From positions 31,930,001 to 31,994,000 of the forward strand of contig CM022670.1 in NCBI GenBank assembly GCA_012295275.1: 64,000 nt of DNA, in the 5' to 3' direction. A program made the position numbers and the translations under genes. Of this stretch, positions 30,329-44,277 are shown piece after piece. The first letter of the stretch is position 1. The number at the start of each line of letters is the position of its first letter. Source of the stretch: Chrysomallon squamiferum (Eukaryota > Animalia > Mollusca). Under the pieces are notes generated by a model. That model saw nothing but the letters and a program-made list of their open reading frames with translations. It ran no database searches and was not told where the DNA came from.

Positions 30329-31934
30329 CTTTCATATATCAATGAATCAAGTTAGTAGATAATACCTTTTTGAGATATCAATCAGAATCACATAGTCATA
30401 ATTGATTATGGATGTAAGTGGTCATGTCAGCAGGTAAGTGAATATTTGATAATGTGAAGAAGTCATAACTTAGAACATTTTGGTTCCAGTGAAGTCAGTA
30501 CATTTGTGCTAAAAATATTAAGCCAGAATGGCATAAGTGCATTTACAGCTTTTGAGAAAAAGAAATTGTTGTCATAGCAATAGGGTCAGAAAGAGAGATG
30601 GGCAGTTATGACCTTATGGTTGCAGCCATTGTTACAAGTACACTGTTAATTTGATCTGTCAATGAACTAATTAAAACAGATTAACCCCCCCCAACATCCA
30701 CAGTCAGTCTCAGATTATTTAAATTCTTTATTTCAACATTTTCACAGGAGTTGTATATAAAAATTTTGGAACCTTTGTCTCTATTAGACAGTATTTTTTC
30801 TTAAATTTTGATAATAAATGATATTTAAAAAAATAAAAATTTAGTGACATTGTTTTAAATAATATGTCAACTTAATTATTGTTATTGGATTATTCCTCTT
30901 ATTTGTTTAATACTGTATTATGTTAATTAAGAACATAACTAAATCGTTTTCAAATATAAAAAAAGAAAGATAATATAATAATGTTTGTCTACATCCAATA
31001 TTTCCAGGAATGGAATATGAATATACAGAGGACTGGGATGAAGTCACAAGAATCTTTAATACTGATGAAAATATAACTTTAGAAAGTCAAATTTCACTTC
31101 TGCCCAAACATGTTCATGATCTTGTATCAAGATGGAGTTATTCCTTCAGAATATCATCAGTATTAAAATAACATTACAACAGATGGTAAGAGACTGCCTT
31201 CCAATTCCTGATGTTACAGAAAATGATTCAAAATAAAAGGTTTAATTTGATGATTTGTACTAAACCTGTTATTTCTGTAATCAGAACAAAGATTTTTTAT
31301 ATGAATTTTAAAAGTGAACATTAAAAGGTTTAATGTGTAAATAACACTTTTATTACATCATATTAACTTTTTCAAATTTGGGTTTCAGGTTTGTATACCT
31401 GATTACTTGTTCTAACTAGTTCTACACTTTACTGTCTTTTAATGTTTTTAAGGTTATTTGGATTATAATTACATTTGGCATAAGATATGGTTTGGTAATA
31501 ATATGCAAAATAGTAAATTAATCATAAAATAATAATATAATTCACATATTACATTGTTTTGCCAATTCCTATACCATTATGGTCCTGATTGTTTGGTAAA
31601 TATATCAAAAACAAAAAGACGTAAATGCGATGTTCTGTTTCTATATACATGTCTCAATTCACTTTATGCCAAAATGACTTTTCTGCACTTACAACGTTTT
31701 CAAGTGTGTGATTTTCATATGCCAAAATGTTGTAAGTGATTCTGGGGAGTGGGGTGAGCTAATGACCAGAACTATTGTCATGAAAAATTCTGAACAGATG
31801 AGTTGTTAAACAAGCTGTAAACATGTAAAATTTCAAAAACCTGTGTCACTATTTATGCAAATGTCAGAGAAGTGAAACTTTGTTTTGTATTTTTCTGCTT
31901 GGCAAAAATACAGTTACAACCTTGTGGCTCTAAA

Positions 31935-32180
31935 TATGTGTATGTATGTGTGTGTATATATGTATGTATGTGTGTGTATATGTGTATGTATGTGTGTGTA
32001 TATATGTATGTATGTGTGTATATATATGTATGTATGTGTGTGTATATATGTATGTATGTGTGTGTATATATGTATGTATGTGTGTGTATATATGTATGTA
32101 TGTGTGTGTATATATGTATGTATGTGTGTGTATATATGTATATGTTATATGTATCTGTGTGTGTGTGTGTGTGTGTGTGT
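31935..32180. repeat. Compound TG/TA/TATG microsatellite with ~22-bp higher-order unit (tgtgtgtatatatgtatgtatg), ending in (GT)n
   Basis: Directly visible. It explains the three overlapping C/V/Y/M-rich ORFs. Confidence 0.9.
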
Positions 32181-32231
32181 AAGGGTTTTTACATTTTATA
32201 TATATATATATATAAAATGTAAAAACCCTTA
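32180..32231. repeat. Perfect 52-bp palindrome with (TA)n centre
   Basis: taagggtttttacattttatatatatatatatataaaatgtaaaaaccctta equals its own reverse complement. Confidence 0.95.
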
Positions 32232-34307
32232 ATCCTGCCTAATACACCTTAACTGCAGACAGACTAAATAAATTTAGGACAGAAATTCCATTCATTCCCA
32301 AGTATACGCAGCTTGAAATAGTTTATCTTTAAAAATAAACCTATCACTGCACACTGTTCTATCATGTTTTAACACTCACCTTGACCTCTTTTTTGTTGTT
32401 CTAACATGTCTGTGGAACATTAACACAATGTGTAACAGTAATTATTTTAATCTGCATATTTTCAAGTTTATATAATAATTCAAGTGCAAATGAAAGAGAG
32501 TGAGTGAAAGAGAGAGCATCAGAAATGTTTTCAGAAAAATACATATAATTTTATCGAATTATTTACTTTATCTTCTTTATGTTATTATTGAATTATTATA
32601 ATTATTAAAATTTTAATAATAAACAATCTAGACTGATTGAATGTTTAACACTATTAAAACTAATAATTGCTATGTATGAAACACTTCTGGTGACGTTTTT
32701 GAAAAAATAAAACATCCTTTATTTACTATAATAAAAAAGAGAAATGATACATACATAGAACAATCAAAAACGTTTTTAGTGTTCTAAATTGGCTTATGAC
32801 ATTACAGAAAAACTATCTAATGTGACATTCTGTCTGTCTGTCACATTATGTCAGAATATAATGAATCTAGTTTACACTAAATCAACCGTGTTTCTATTAA
32901 CCTGTGTTGTAAGTAGACAGGGCTTTATCATTGTGGGAGTTTTCCTTTTCAGTGGGATCAGTCTTAGTAGTAAAGCTTTCATGCAGCTGTGACCTGTCAT
33001 GGGATATTATCCACAGAGTGAAACTCAAGTTACTCTCTTTTTTCCCCATTCATACAAACTCTCTTTAAAAAGTCTTTATTAATATCTTTAATCTGTCTGG
33101 AAGATATAATGATTAAGCTTTTTGCATAATAAAGCTGGTAATTCCAATGATCCATACCTATATCAGTACCTCCCCACTTGTCCAGGGATGCACAAGATTA
33201 ATATTACTGACACTTCCCTGAATCTAACCTTGTTTAGAACAGCAAAGTACATGTCAAAACATTTTTTGCAATACCTAGTCATCATTTGCTTCCTAATAAT
33301 TCTAATCCCCTTTTGCTTCATATCAATCCCAAATTATTCATCCCTCTCCCGTTTCTTTTTGCCTTCATTTTGATTTTACATGCTTTTTCTTTTTTATCTG
33401 AATCCCACTTCCATTTGCATGCATCTTCATTTTTATATTCATTTTTGTCTCAATCCTACTACAAGAATATAAATTAAACAGAGTTTGCTTCCAAATGAAA
33501 GTTAATATATCACTGAAATCAAACATTTCAAATCATCAGTTAAAGAAACAAGTCATTCCTATAAAATACAGAAACCTATTACTCATCTTTTATGCTTTAT
33601 TTATTTAATTAATTATTATTATTTGTATTTGTATTTATTTACTTATATATTTATTTTTTTAATATATATATATTTTTTTTTTATCTTTCTTCAGGTGGCA
33701 TTTTATTCCTTCTCTATAGAGAAAAAAATATATGTGTGGCTCTGAGTTAAGACTTGATAAATAACAAAATCCAAATTAGATTAAGTGTACAAATGTGCCA
33801 GTGTCATAAACTTTAAAGCATGAACGTCTATATATAATCATAATAGCTATACACAGAAGAGAAATCTCTGAATACAATAATTCTTCAGTTATTACACAAA
33901 TTAAAAGACTTGTTATTCTCATACTTGAAGGTAAAAAGTACCTCTCGAGTTATTAAAAAACAACAACAGTTATTTGCGTTATGTATTCAAGTACAAACTG
34001 TTTGCAGGCCTGTTACTAGATATGTTTGCAATACAGTACACACCCAAAATTCCACACTATATATATATATATATATATTCCACACTATATATATATGCAC
34101 ACAGTGCATGCATGTATATAACACAGCCTCTGACAATACAAAACTGATAATTATCACTGTGAAATATGTCTGGATTACTTTTAAACATTGAGGATTATGC
34201 CACACACATACTGATATAAGTATAAATAAATACAAACAACAGAATTGACATACAAAAATACATACAGATAGAAAAGAACTCTCTCATAGTATCAGACAGG
34301 CAGCAAT

Positions 34308-35537
34308 CACTCTGTACATTAACCCAGACACACAACCACTGCTGTACATTAACCCAGACACACAACCACTCTGTACATTAACCCAGACACACAACCTCTC
34401 TGTACATTAACCAACACACAACCACTGCTGTACATTAACCAACACACAACCTCTCTGTACATTAACCAACACACAACCTCTCTGTACATTAACCAACACA
34501 CAACCACTCTGTACATTAACCAACACACAACCACTCTGTACATTAACCCAGACACACAACCACTCTGTACATTAACCCAGACACACCTCTCTGTACATTA
34601 ACCCAGACACACAACCACTGCTGTACATTAACCCAGACACACAACCACTGCTGTACATTAACCCAGACACACAACCACTCTGTACATTAACCCACACAAC
34701 CTCTCTGTCATTAACCCAGACAACCTCTCTGTACATTAACCCAGACACACAACCACTGCTGTACATTAAATTCAACACACAACCACTCTGTACATTAACC
34801 CAGACACACAACCACTGCTGTACATTAACCCAGACACACAACCACTCTGTACATTAACCCAGACACACAACCACTCTGTACATTAACCCAGACACACAAC
34901 CACTGCTGTACATTAACCCAGACACACAACCACTGCTGTACATTAACCATGACACACAACCACTGCTGTACATTAACCATGACACACAACCACTCTGTAC
35001 ATTAACCCAGACACACAACCACTGCTGTACATTAACAGACACAACCCACTGCTGTACATTAACCCAGACACACACAACCACTCTGTACATTAACCCAGAC
35101 ACACAACCACTGCTGTACATTAACCCAGACACACAACCACTGCTGTACATTAACCCAGACACACAACCACTGCTGTACATTAACCATGACACACAACCAT
35201 TGCAGACACACATTAACCATGACACACAACCACTCTGTACATTAACCCAGACACACAACCACTGCTGTACATTAACCATGACACACAACCACTCTGTACA
35301 TTAACCCAGACACACAACCACTGCTGTACATTAACCATGACACACAACCACTGCTGTACATTAACCCAGACACACAACCACTACTGTACATTAACCCAGA
35401 CACACAACCACTCTGTACATTAACCATGACACACAACCACTCTGTACATTAACCCAGACACACAACCACTGCTGTACATTAACCCAGACACACAACCACT
35501 GCTGTACATTAACCCAGACACACAACTACTCTGTACA
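34308..35537. repeat. Minisatellite, 29/30-bp unit ctgtacattaacccagacacacaaccact(g), roughly 40 copies
   Basis: Highly similar head-to-tail copies with variants (ccact/ccactg, cccag/ccatg/ccaac). Confidence 0.97.
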
Positions 35538-35609
35538 GTATCAACAACATACAAGAACTGCCTAACAGCAAAAAAAATAACCTAGCAAATCTGACATACA
35601 CACGGTCAA

Positions 35610-35685
35610 CAGACAACTGTGACATATACACAAGACAGACAACTGTGACATATACACAAGACAGACAAATTTGACATATACATCA
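35610..35685. repeat. 26-bp tandem repeat (agacaactgtgacatatacacaagac) x2.5
   Basis: Directly visible just downstream of the 29/30-bp minisatellite. Confidence 0.75.
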
Positions 35686-38600
35686 GATGCACTCACAGAC
35701 AGCAAACAAACTGAGAAAGAAAGAGATAAATATGACCTATATGTTCTAGATGTATACACATATATAACATTCTTAGTTATTTTTGCTGTCTTAAATTATG
35801 TCCATTTTATCATCACTGCAAACATGTTTTTACATCACACAGCACTTTTATACCAAATAACATGCCACATTAGTCTTATGTACACCACCCATAATTATTT
35901 CAAATTCTAACATAAAAGCAACACATTTATTTTAATACTATTTTTATTACATATAGCATTATCTAACTTTATTTTTTACTCTCTTTTTGATATCCTAAGT
36001 TAAAAGAATATCATTCTTTTTTGCTGTTTTAAGTACCCCATTGTTTTTAAAAACCTATTTTTTACCAATATTTATTTATAGATTTTGTTGTGTGCCAACA
36101 TAGAACTATTTCTTTTCGGTTTGTTTTCTTTTTATAATTTTTTAAAATATATACATTTTATTTTAATATTTGAATAACTGAACATCCATGTTTAATTTTT
36201 TTTTTTCAATATAAAAACTAGAATTACTCAGGATCAGTTTAGAGGTAAAAGCTGATATGATCGTTTTGGATGAACTGGCTCTATTATTACAATTTCCAAG
36301 CTTATGAGGCATGTAATATACAATGATACCACACCTGTAGACATGTATCAAATAACACACTATTCTGCAAACTATCCAGATAAAACTGTTTCACACACCC
36401 CTGAATTACAAGAGGGTCATAAATATTTCCTTTTAGGTACTTTTTTAATTTAAAAACCAAAAAAAACTAAAAAATTTAAAATTGGCATTTGTATTAGAAT
36501 ACATATATTCCAAGAAAATTATACATTTATATATTTGTGTCTGTCTGTGCTTGTGTGTGTGTGTCTGTCTGTCTGTCTGTCTGTATGTGTACATTGTTTT
36601 TTTTATTACAAGTCTGTGTACATGTGGATGCATTCATTTATTCTTTCTATTTTTGCAGGTAAAACTTAACTTTAAAACAAAAAAAAACAAAAACAAAAAA
36701 ACGCTGTTATTAAATATTTTAATGTTGTAGATATATGAATAAATGTTAACACCACATCCACTCCAAACAGGACAATTAGAAAATACTTCTTTTTTCTTTT
36801 TTTTTCAAATCTAAAATGACTAAATTACAGCATACTTAAACTCTTGACATTAAATCACTTCCATGGTCTGATTGTTGGGATGCAATGAGTCAGCATACGA
36901 TACAACTTTATATATGACAAATATACAACTAACTTAAAATATTTAACATTTTGTACACGCAAGTACCTATTATATACTCAGTTGTGTATTAAATTGCTGG
37001 TGAATCATCAGACAGCACTGTTTTAACCATTCCAGTTTACTAAATAATCATTACATTTTTATATTTTTTTATTATTATTATTATTATTACTTTTTTTATT
37101 ATTGTTTTTTTTTTCATAAATTAAGGGGATTTTCCTCAAGCTTATCTGAATAATACATATATATGCAAAGATAAATCCAGTTCTCTAGACACTGAACTAA
37201 TAAACAATATATGTATATAAAAGGAAAAATGTTTTTAATTATTGTATTTCATCCACATTTTTTTAGAAACATGAATATCATCAATAAACATTGATATTAA
37301 AGTGAATTTGGAAAAAAAGGAATTGCATAAACAATAAATCCATTTTATTACTTTGACAAATTATCTCAGGTTTACATCTTCAATTTGTCATAAAAAGCAA
37401 TCAATAACAATAACATATGAAGTGATTTATGTATTTACACTGTTACTGGCAGGTATAAAACAGCACTTACTTACAACCCAAATACGCTAATTGTTATCAA
37501 TTTTCTCTGCTACAGCACATTGCATAAATGTCAGTCTGAATAAAAATAAACCTCAAGCTATCCTCGCTTTTCAAGATAAAACTATAGATTTATCACAAAG
37601 CTTTTGTAATCTAAAAGGTTAATTTATTTATTTATCATTATTTTTTTTTTACAAAGTCAGCATTATTTTAAACTCTTAAAACCAAAATCAGGATGGAAGA
37701 ATAAACAAATATTAAATATTTACTGTAATGGTAAATTGCAACTGGATAATAAATTCATGTACAAAATGTTTTTAATGTTGTTTCTTTTTGCTGGATCTTT
37801 GTTGTTGTTTGTTTTTTGGTTTTGTTTTTGTTGTTGTTGTTGCTATTGTTTTTAATACAGCGAAATATCATATCACTGATATAAATTAAATAAAATGCAT
37901 ACACCATAAAAAAATGTGATTAATAATATCCAGCAAGTATAGTTGCTAAAAATATTGACAGTCAGCTTTATATTATAAGTGAGGTCTCTTTAGTACTTGT
38001 GTTTGAGAGTCTGCATAACAGTAGACACGATTTTGTAGAAATAATTGGTCTGTTTAATTATTATAGATGTTGTGCAGTTTGATATGTGTTTTAGATATAT
38101 TTGGTGTTACATGGCATGTTTTATGTATTTTGTGTTATATGTGATATTTGTTATGTATTGTTCTATATGTTATGTACTATAAGTTGTATTCTATGTTGTT
38201 TCGTAGACTTTTATCAGTTTTTCTCTGGTTAATGTATAGTGCTGTTTTATCATAATTATACTGGCTACACTGGCTTCACTGTGTGTCTAGTGACGAGCTG
38301 TATGTGTACTGTACTTTATATTGATCTCTTATATTGCATACATTATGGATTATATGTTCTCTTTATATCGTAATATAAATATGGTACTGTATGATACATA
38401 GTAATGTGAATATATATAATTTTGTTAGTGATGTATAGTATGTGTCAGTTATTGCATTATGTGTAAAGCAAATACAGCTAAGTACATGGTAAATGGATAG
38501 AATGGATATGTTTTACCAGAGAACCAAATCACAAGATCATTGACCTACAATTGATTAATTAGATCATTATTTGTCTTGTACACTGACCTAATCATTGTGT

Positions 38601-39673
38601 GACCATCTGCTGTCACAGTGGTTACCGATTATCACTGGAAAGATAATTGACAATACTACATACAGCATTAATTACTTATTCAGTTTCTAACCAGTAATTG
38701 TACTGATAACATTATATCACTGGTTATATTAGTAAATACTGCTTGTTTTTCAAACATTTTTCAGAGTTGTTTATTAACAAATAAATTAATGAATGATGAT
38801 GAAGATGAATTTCAGAAGTATGCCAAGTTTATATAAAAAAAAATAATAATGATAATGAAGATAAAGACAATGGTCATGATAAATATGATAGAGATGAGGA
38901 AAGGAAAATAAGAAAAAAAAATATGATGAAATTGAAATGTTTGCCAAAATTATGAAAGGTTCCAGGATAAATACTAATGCCACATTTTTCATTTATGTGA
39001 TACTGTTGACTCCAAACCAATCCAGAGAAAGATAGAGAAAAAGAAAAAACTGAAAAAAAATCTAAACCCAAAACAGATCTATAAAAATGTTACAGCTTCT
39101 GTATTTTAACTTATTGATGGTGTATTTGCGACTTGCAAAACAGTGTAGAGTCATGCAAGCAGACCACTAATTTAATGATAATCAAAGACCCTGATGACCC
39201 TGCTTTTCAGAGACTGTGGGCATGACAGTATTGATCAATCAAGTATGTGTTTTGGGATTCAGTCTTTTATTGGTTCCTGCAATGGCAACAGATGGCTCTA
39301 ACAAAGCAGAAGCTGTACTTATCCATCAACATTTAAAAATTTGTAAAATACTGTTCAAAGTGAAATACTGGTTTTTATCAGTGTTCGAGGTATAGAGTAA
39401 AGATCTGTGTTTCTCTGTATGTTATATCTATGTATGTCCTCCATATGCTCATGTTTGCATGTGTATGTTCATGTGTGTATCAAAACAGGTATATCCATAA
39501 ACAGAATATTTTCTTTTATTTTTGTTTTCTCTTCACTATTAAAATATGATACAATTATTCTTTTTTGTGTAAATATTTATGTATCATATCAGTGTGTTAA
39601 TGTGAGTATGAACATGCGATTTAATGTAAATGTGTTTATGTACAATAGATAGATAAACATGTATTTAACTATT

Positions 39674-39675
<2 letters not shown>

Positions 39676-39706
<31 letters not shown>
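39676..39706. repeat. (TG)n microsatellite
   Basis: Directly visible. Confidence 0.9.
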
Positions 39707-39710
<4 letters not shown>

Positions 39711-41775
39711 ATATATTTGTATAACTTTAACCATATAGAAGATAAAAGAGAAAATGATTGGAGTGTAATCAAATGAAAGGAATAAAAATTATGTTAGTAA
39801 AATTAGTGTCATTTGTGTTTGTTTCTTAATTAAATGAAATCAGTTATTCTATCACTAAGTGATAATTTGTCAGAACTAATTTTCTGTTATGAAATCTAGG
39901 CCTGTTCATAAAGTTATTTTTAATCCTAGCCTGAGGTTTTATCTTGGGAAAGTTCACAGAATACTTCTGAACCAGTTAAGATTTCAGATCTGTTAATATT
40001 TGTATCATATTTGATTAATAACAAGAATACAAAAATAAAAGCAATTGTTGTGTGTATCAATTTAGCTCTATCAGTGGATTCTGCTGCCAGATAATGTAAT
40101 ATTATTATATGTTGAATAAATTATATTCATTGTATTAAAAATAAGTTTGATAAAAAATGAATATATGAATGCAATTCTTTGCTGGTATGCAATAAAAACT
40201 GACTGTATGCAGTCAATATTCTATATATTTTTGTTAATATTTAGAAAACAAAATATTATATTTTGCTCCAGTATTTTTCAAATTCAGTTTGAATGGAATA
40301 TATATATATAAAAAAAGTAAATAAAATCAATAAAGGAAACATTATCTGTATTACTGATTAAGAAAATAAATAAAAATATAAGAAACCATGACAGTTTGAG
40401 ATGGTCAGTGTTTTCTGGTATAGTCTTGTGTGAGTCTTATTCAACATCCAGGTACATCTTCATAATCAACCTTGATTGGTGACATCTCAAATCGCTTACC
40501 TGTTCACCACCAACTCAAATGAACAAACCATTAATTATCCTAATGACTTCATATTCAAGCAATTTGTTGTGTGTTTGCCAAATAACTGTTAGTCATCGTT
40601 GCTAATGATGTATTGGTACCACCATCTGTATGTCATAACTGTTTGTCACTAAAGAGTGCTATTGTGTTATTCCTTTCTAATTATTTCTCCCAAATGACAA
40701 TCCATGCCAGTTTCAATTCTGTACATAGACACTCATATCATATAATAAGTCTGCTGGAATTACACAGACACGCAGCATATACAGAAATATGCAGGTTAAA
40801 TTTGATTATTATAAAATTTCCTCCATCTTTTATATTCTCCATTATTTGTGATATTATTTGTGATAAAATGATGATTATTTTGACAATTAACAGTCATGTA
40901 ATGATTAAAATCATAAAATGGGTATCTGAATAAACATTCTGTGATATTTTAATCATCATCCACATAATAAAATTCTAAATCTAACTATTTCCATATCAGT
41001 TTAGGATAACTATTTTGTGTTCAACTCTTCATTTACATTTTTTGATTCAGGATGTTTAAAAAAAAAAAAAATTAAAAATAAAAATGAATAAAAGCACATT
41101 TCATCTGACTGATATACTCTTTTACATAAATGACAACATAGTTCTAAAAATGTTCTGAGAAAATTTGCTTTGCATAAGCTTTATAATATGTACACCTGTT
41201 TTATTTTCACAATTTTCTTTCACAGGCTAAGTCAAATTTTCAAAAGCTATCAATATAGAAATGTATAATTAGTGATCTCCTATAGAAATGATTTAGTTCA
41301 TATTCAGGACAAAAACTGAGAAAAATGTATTTTTTATTTCCCAATTTTAGCAAGTAATAAATTTTAAGTTTTTAACCCAGAAATAAATCTGAATCTGAAA
41401 CGACATGGATTTTTTTTCTGATAATTTCCATACATTTGCACTTTGTTTTTCTTACATTTTTCTTATTTTTTTGTTGTTTATACTTTATCTAAAATATACA
41501 CTGTATTTTATTTTAATGGTATTTTTAATTTCAGTTCTTCACAGAGTCGTAAATAAGTTATTTCCATCAGTTCTCTATATAACAGAAAATATTATTACAA
41601 GTTTCCAAATTTTTATAAATATATGTATTAGAATTTCATTTTTACACTAAATTTAAAAATATCTATAAACCAAAAATCAGCAAAAATATTAAAATTTAAA
41701 TTAAAAATCATATATACATAAAACATATACACACACAAATATTTCTATGCAAAGTAAACATCAAAAGAAACTTAC

Positions 41776-41942
41776 CTGTGGGCCACACCCCTTTCATGCA
41801 GATAGTGCAGTGCGGAAACAAGCTGACGAACATAAATGCGTGACTTTTCCTCTGACAAACGACATTCCTGATGCATTTTAATGTAAGTCAGTAATTCCCC
41901 ACCTGAAGCATATTCCGTAACAAGACAGTATAATGTGGTTGC
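41776..41942 (-). CDS. Internal coding exon of an AMPK-related (CAMK group; HUNK/MARK-like) serine/threonine protein kinase, subdomains IV-VIb
   Basis: Translates as ATTLYCLVTEYASGGELLTYIKMHQECRLSEEKSRIYVRQLVSALHYLHERGVAH(R): hinge motif LVTEYASGGEL, alphaE RQLVSALHYLH and the start of the catalytic HRD. Minus-strand acceptor tctatttattctttactttttgcag|GCA (phase 0) and donor CACAG|gtaagt (phase 2, splitting the Arg codon of HRD). Length 167 nt = 55 codons + 2. Subfamily assignment is by motif recall only. Confidence 0.95.
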
Positions 41943-43028
41943 CTGCAAAAAGTAAAGAATAAATAGAAACACATTACATGAAGTGCTTAAACTGTCTAAT
42001 TTGTCAACTTTTTTTTAATAAATGGGAACAGTACAAAATTAGATAATTACTTGACACACACATTGGAAAGAAACAATTTGTTATTTTACTTTCACATGAT
42101 GTTTTATGTACATTAACTAAACAACACAACAACACTTGTTTGTAATTGTCAAATTTGGTTTCTCTAGCTCTAAAGTTTGTTTTGAAATTTATGTTTTTTT
42201 AGGATACTGTCTGCAGTAAGCATCTTTCCTCTTTTTATCTCTCATATGTTTCTATTTCTCATGTTTCTTTTCTACTTTATTCACTGTTTCCATTCTCTCT
42301 CTCTCTCTCCCTCCCTCACAAATACATAATTAATGTCAGGATCTATATATAAAGCATTCAAAATTCATGGTATGTGCTGTTTACAAATATATGGAAATTA
42401 ATGCTGTAGTAAACCAACAATTACATTATCACATGATAAACCAAAAAACTGAATATAAACTCAGATGTATTTTAACAACAGTAATTACTAATAGAATTAG
42501 TATTCATCAAAATCAATTGAAATCCTTAAGTCCCAAGGCAATATTTCTGTCATTATATATTCACATTGTGTTTTGAAAGAAGCACACTAATTAGAATATA
42601 TCCTACTCTAGTTCATTATCTGAGTTTAAAAATAAACAACTTCATAAATATTACATGAGCTTCAACTTCAAAATGCTTGCACCATCAATTGTGATATCGC
42701 TAATTTTTTAGGATTATTATTAGTTTGTATACAGTGACTGAAAACAATCCTACATTTTTTATTGTATTTTTTTTATATATTTTCTTTTATATATTAAACT
42801 GTAACAACAGACAGAATGTTATAAATGAATGGCTGAAAGGCAGTATCTGCAGAATTAGTGCCTACAGGGAAATGCAACTCAATGGTTAATAGTGGTAGCT
42901 GAACAGCAGAAGACTCATAACTCACAGAATTGGATGACATTAGGAGTGTCTGATGATAGATCTCTGTCAGGATGGTGGAGCAGCCTGCACCTTAGTGGTT
43001 AAAATGGTCAGATGTGTACTGTAGATGC

Positions 43029-44277
43029 CATCAGTGGTTAAAGCACCTGTCTGATATATAATGGGGATGTTGTCAGGGGTTAGAACACCCATCTAATATA
43101 TAATGGGGATGTTCTCAGGGGTTAGAACACCTGTATGATATATAATGGGGATGTTCTCAGGGGTTAGAACACCCATCTAATATATAATGGGGATGTTCTC
43201 AGGGGTTAGAACACCTGTATGATATATAATGGGGATGTTCTCAGGGGTTAAAGCACCTGTATGTTATATAATGGGGATGTTCTCAGGGGTTAGAACACCC
43301 ATCTAATATATAATGGGGATGTTCTCTGGGGTTAAAGCACCTGTATGTTATATAATGGGGATGTTATCAGGGGTTAGAACACCTGTATGTTATATAATGG
43401 GGATGTTATCAGGGGTTAGAGCACCTGTATGTTATATAATGGGGATGTTCTCAGGGGTTAGAACACCTGTATGTTATATAATGGGGATGTTATCAGGGGT
43501 TAGAGCACCTGTATGTTATATAATGGGGATGTTATCAGGGGTTAGAACACCTGTATGTTATATAATGGGGATGTTATCAGGGGTTAGAACACCTGTATGT
43601 TATATAATGGGGATGTTCTCTGGGGTTAAAGCACCTGTATGTTATATAATGGGGATGTTATCAGGGGTTAGAACACCTGTATGTTATATAATGGGGATGT
43701 TATCAGGGGTTAAAGCACCTGTATGATTATATAATGGGGATGTTCTCTGGGGTTAAAGCACCTGTATGATATATAATGGGGGATGTTCTCAAGGGTTAGA
43801 ACACCTGTATGATATATAATGGGGGATGTTCTCAAGGGTTAGAACACCTGTATGATATATAATGGGGGATGTTCTCAGGGGTTAGAACACCTGTATGATA
43901 TATAATGGGGGATGTTCTCAAGGGTTAGAACACCTGTATGATATATAATGGGGGATGTTATCAGGGGTTAGAACACCTGTATGATATATAATGGGGGATG
44001 TTCTCAAGGGTTAGAACACCTGTATGATATATAATGGGGGATGTTATCAGGGGTTAGAACACCTGTATGATATATAATGGGGGATGTTATCAGGGGTTAG
44101 AACACCTGTATGATATATAATGGGGGATGTTCTCAAGGGTTAGAACACCTGTATGATATATAATGGGGGATGTTATCAGGGGTTAGAAAACCTGTATGAT
44201 ATATAATGGGGGATGTTCTCAAGGGTTAGAACACCTGTATGATATATAATGGGGGATGTTCTCGGGGGTTAGAAAAC
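43029..44277. repeat. Minisatellite, 42/43-bp unit atggggatgttctcaggggttagaacacctgtatgatatata, roughly 29 copies
   Basis: Head-to-tail copies: 42-bp units in the left part and 43-bp (GGGGG) units from ~43770. Produces the 14-aa repeat ORF 43313-43726. Confidence 0.97.

Noticed and set aside
34308-35537. Regular ~30-bp repeats as a CRISPR array or repeat-protein gene
   Set aside because: Units are head-to-tail with no unique spacers, the context is eukaryotic with no cas genes, and mixed 27/29/30-bp units break every frame.
43029-43110. tRNA gene
   Set aside because: Only a decayed 5'-half-like motif. There is no anticodon arm, T-arm or B-box and no cloverleaf.
43313-43726. 137-aa ORF of 14-aa repeats (MGMLSGVRTPVCYI)n
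   Set aside because: By-product of the 42-bp unit being a multiple of three. Neighbouring units carry TGA/TAA stops or 43-bp frameshifts, and there are no splice signals.
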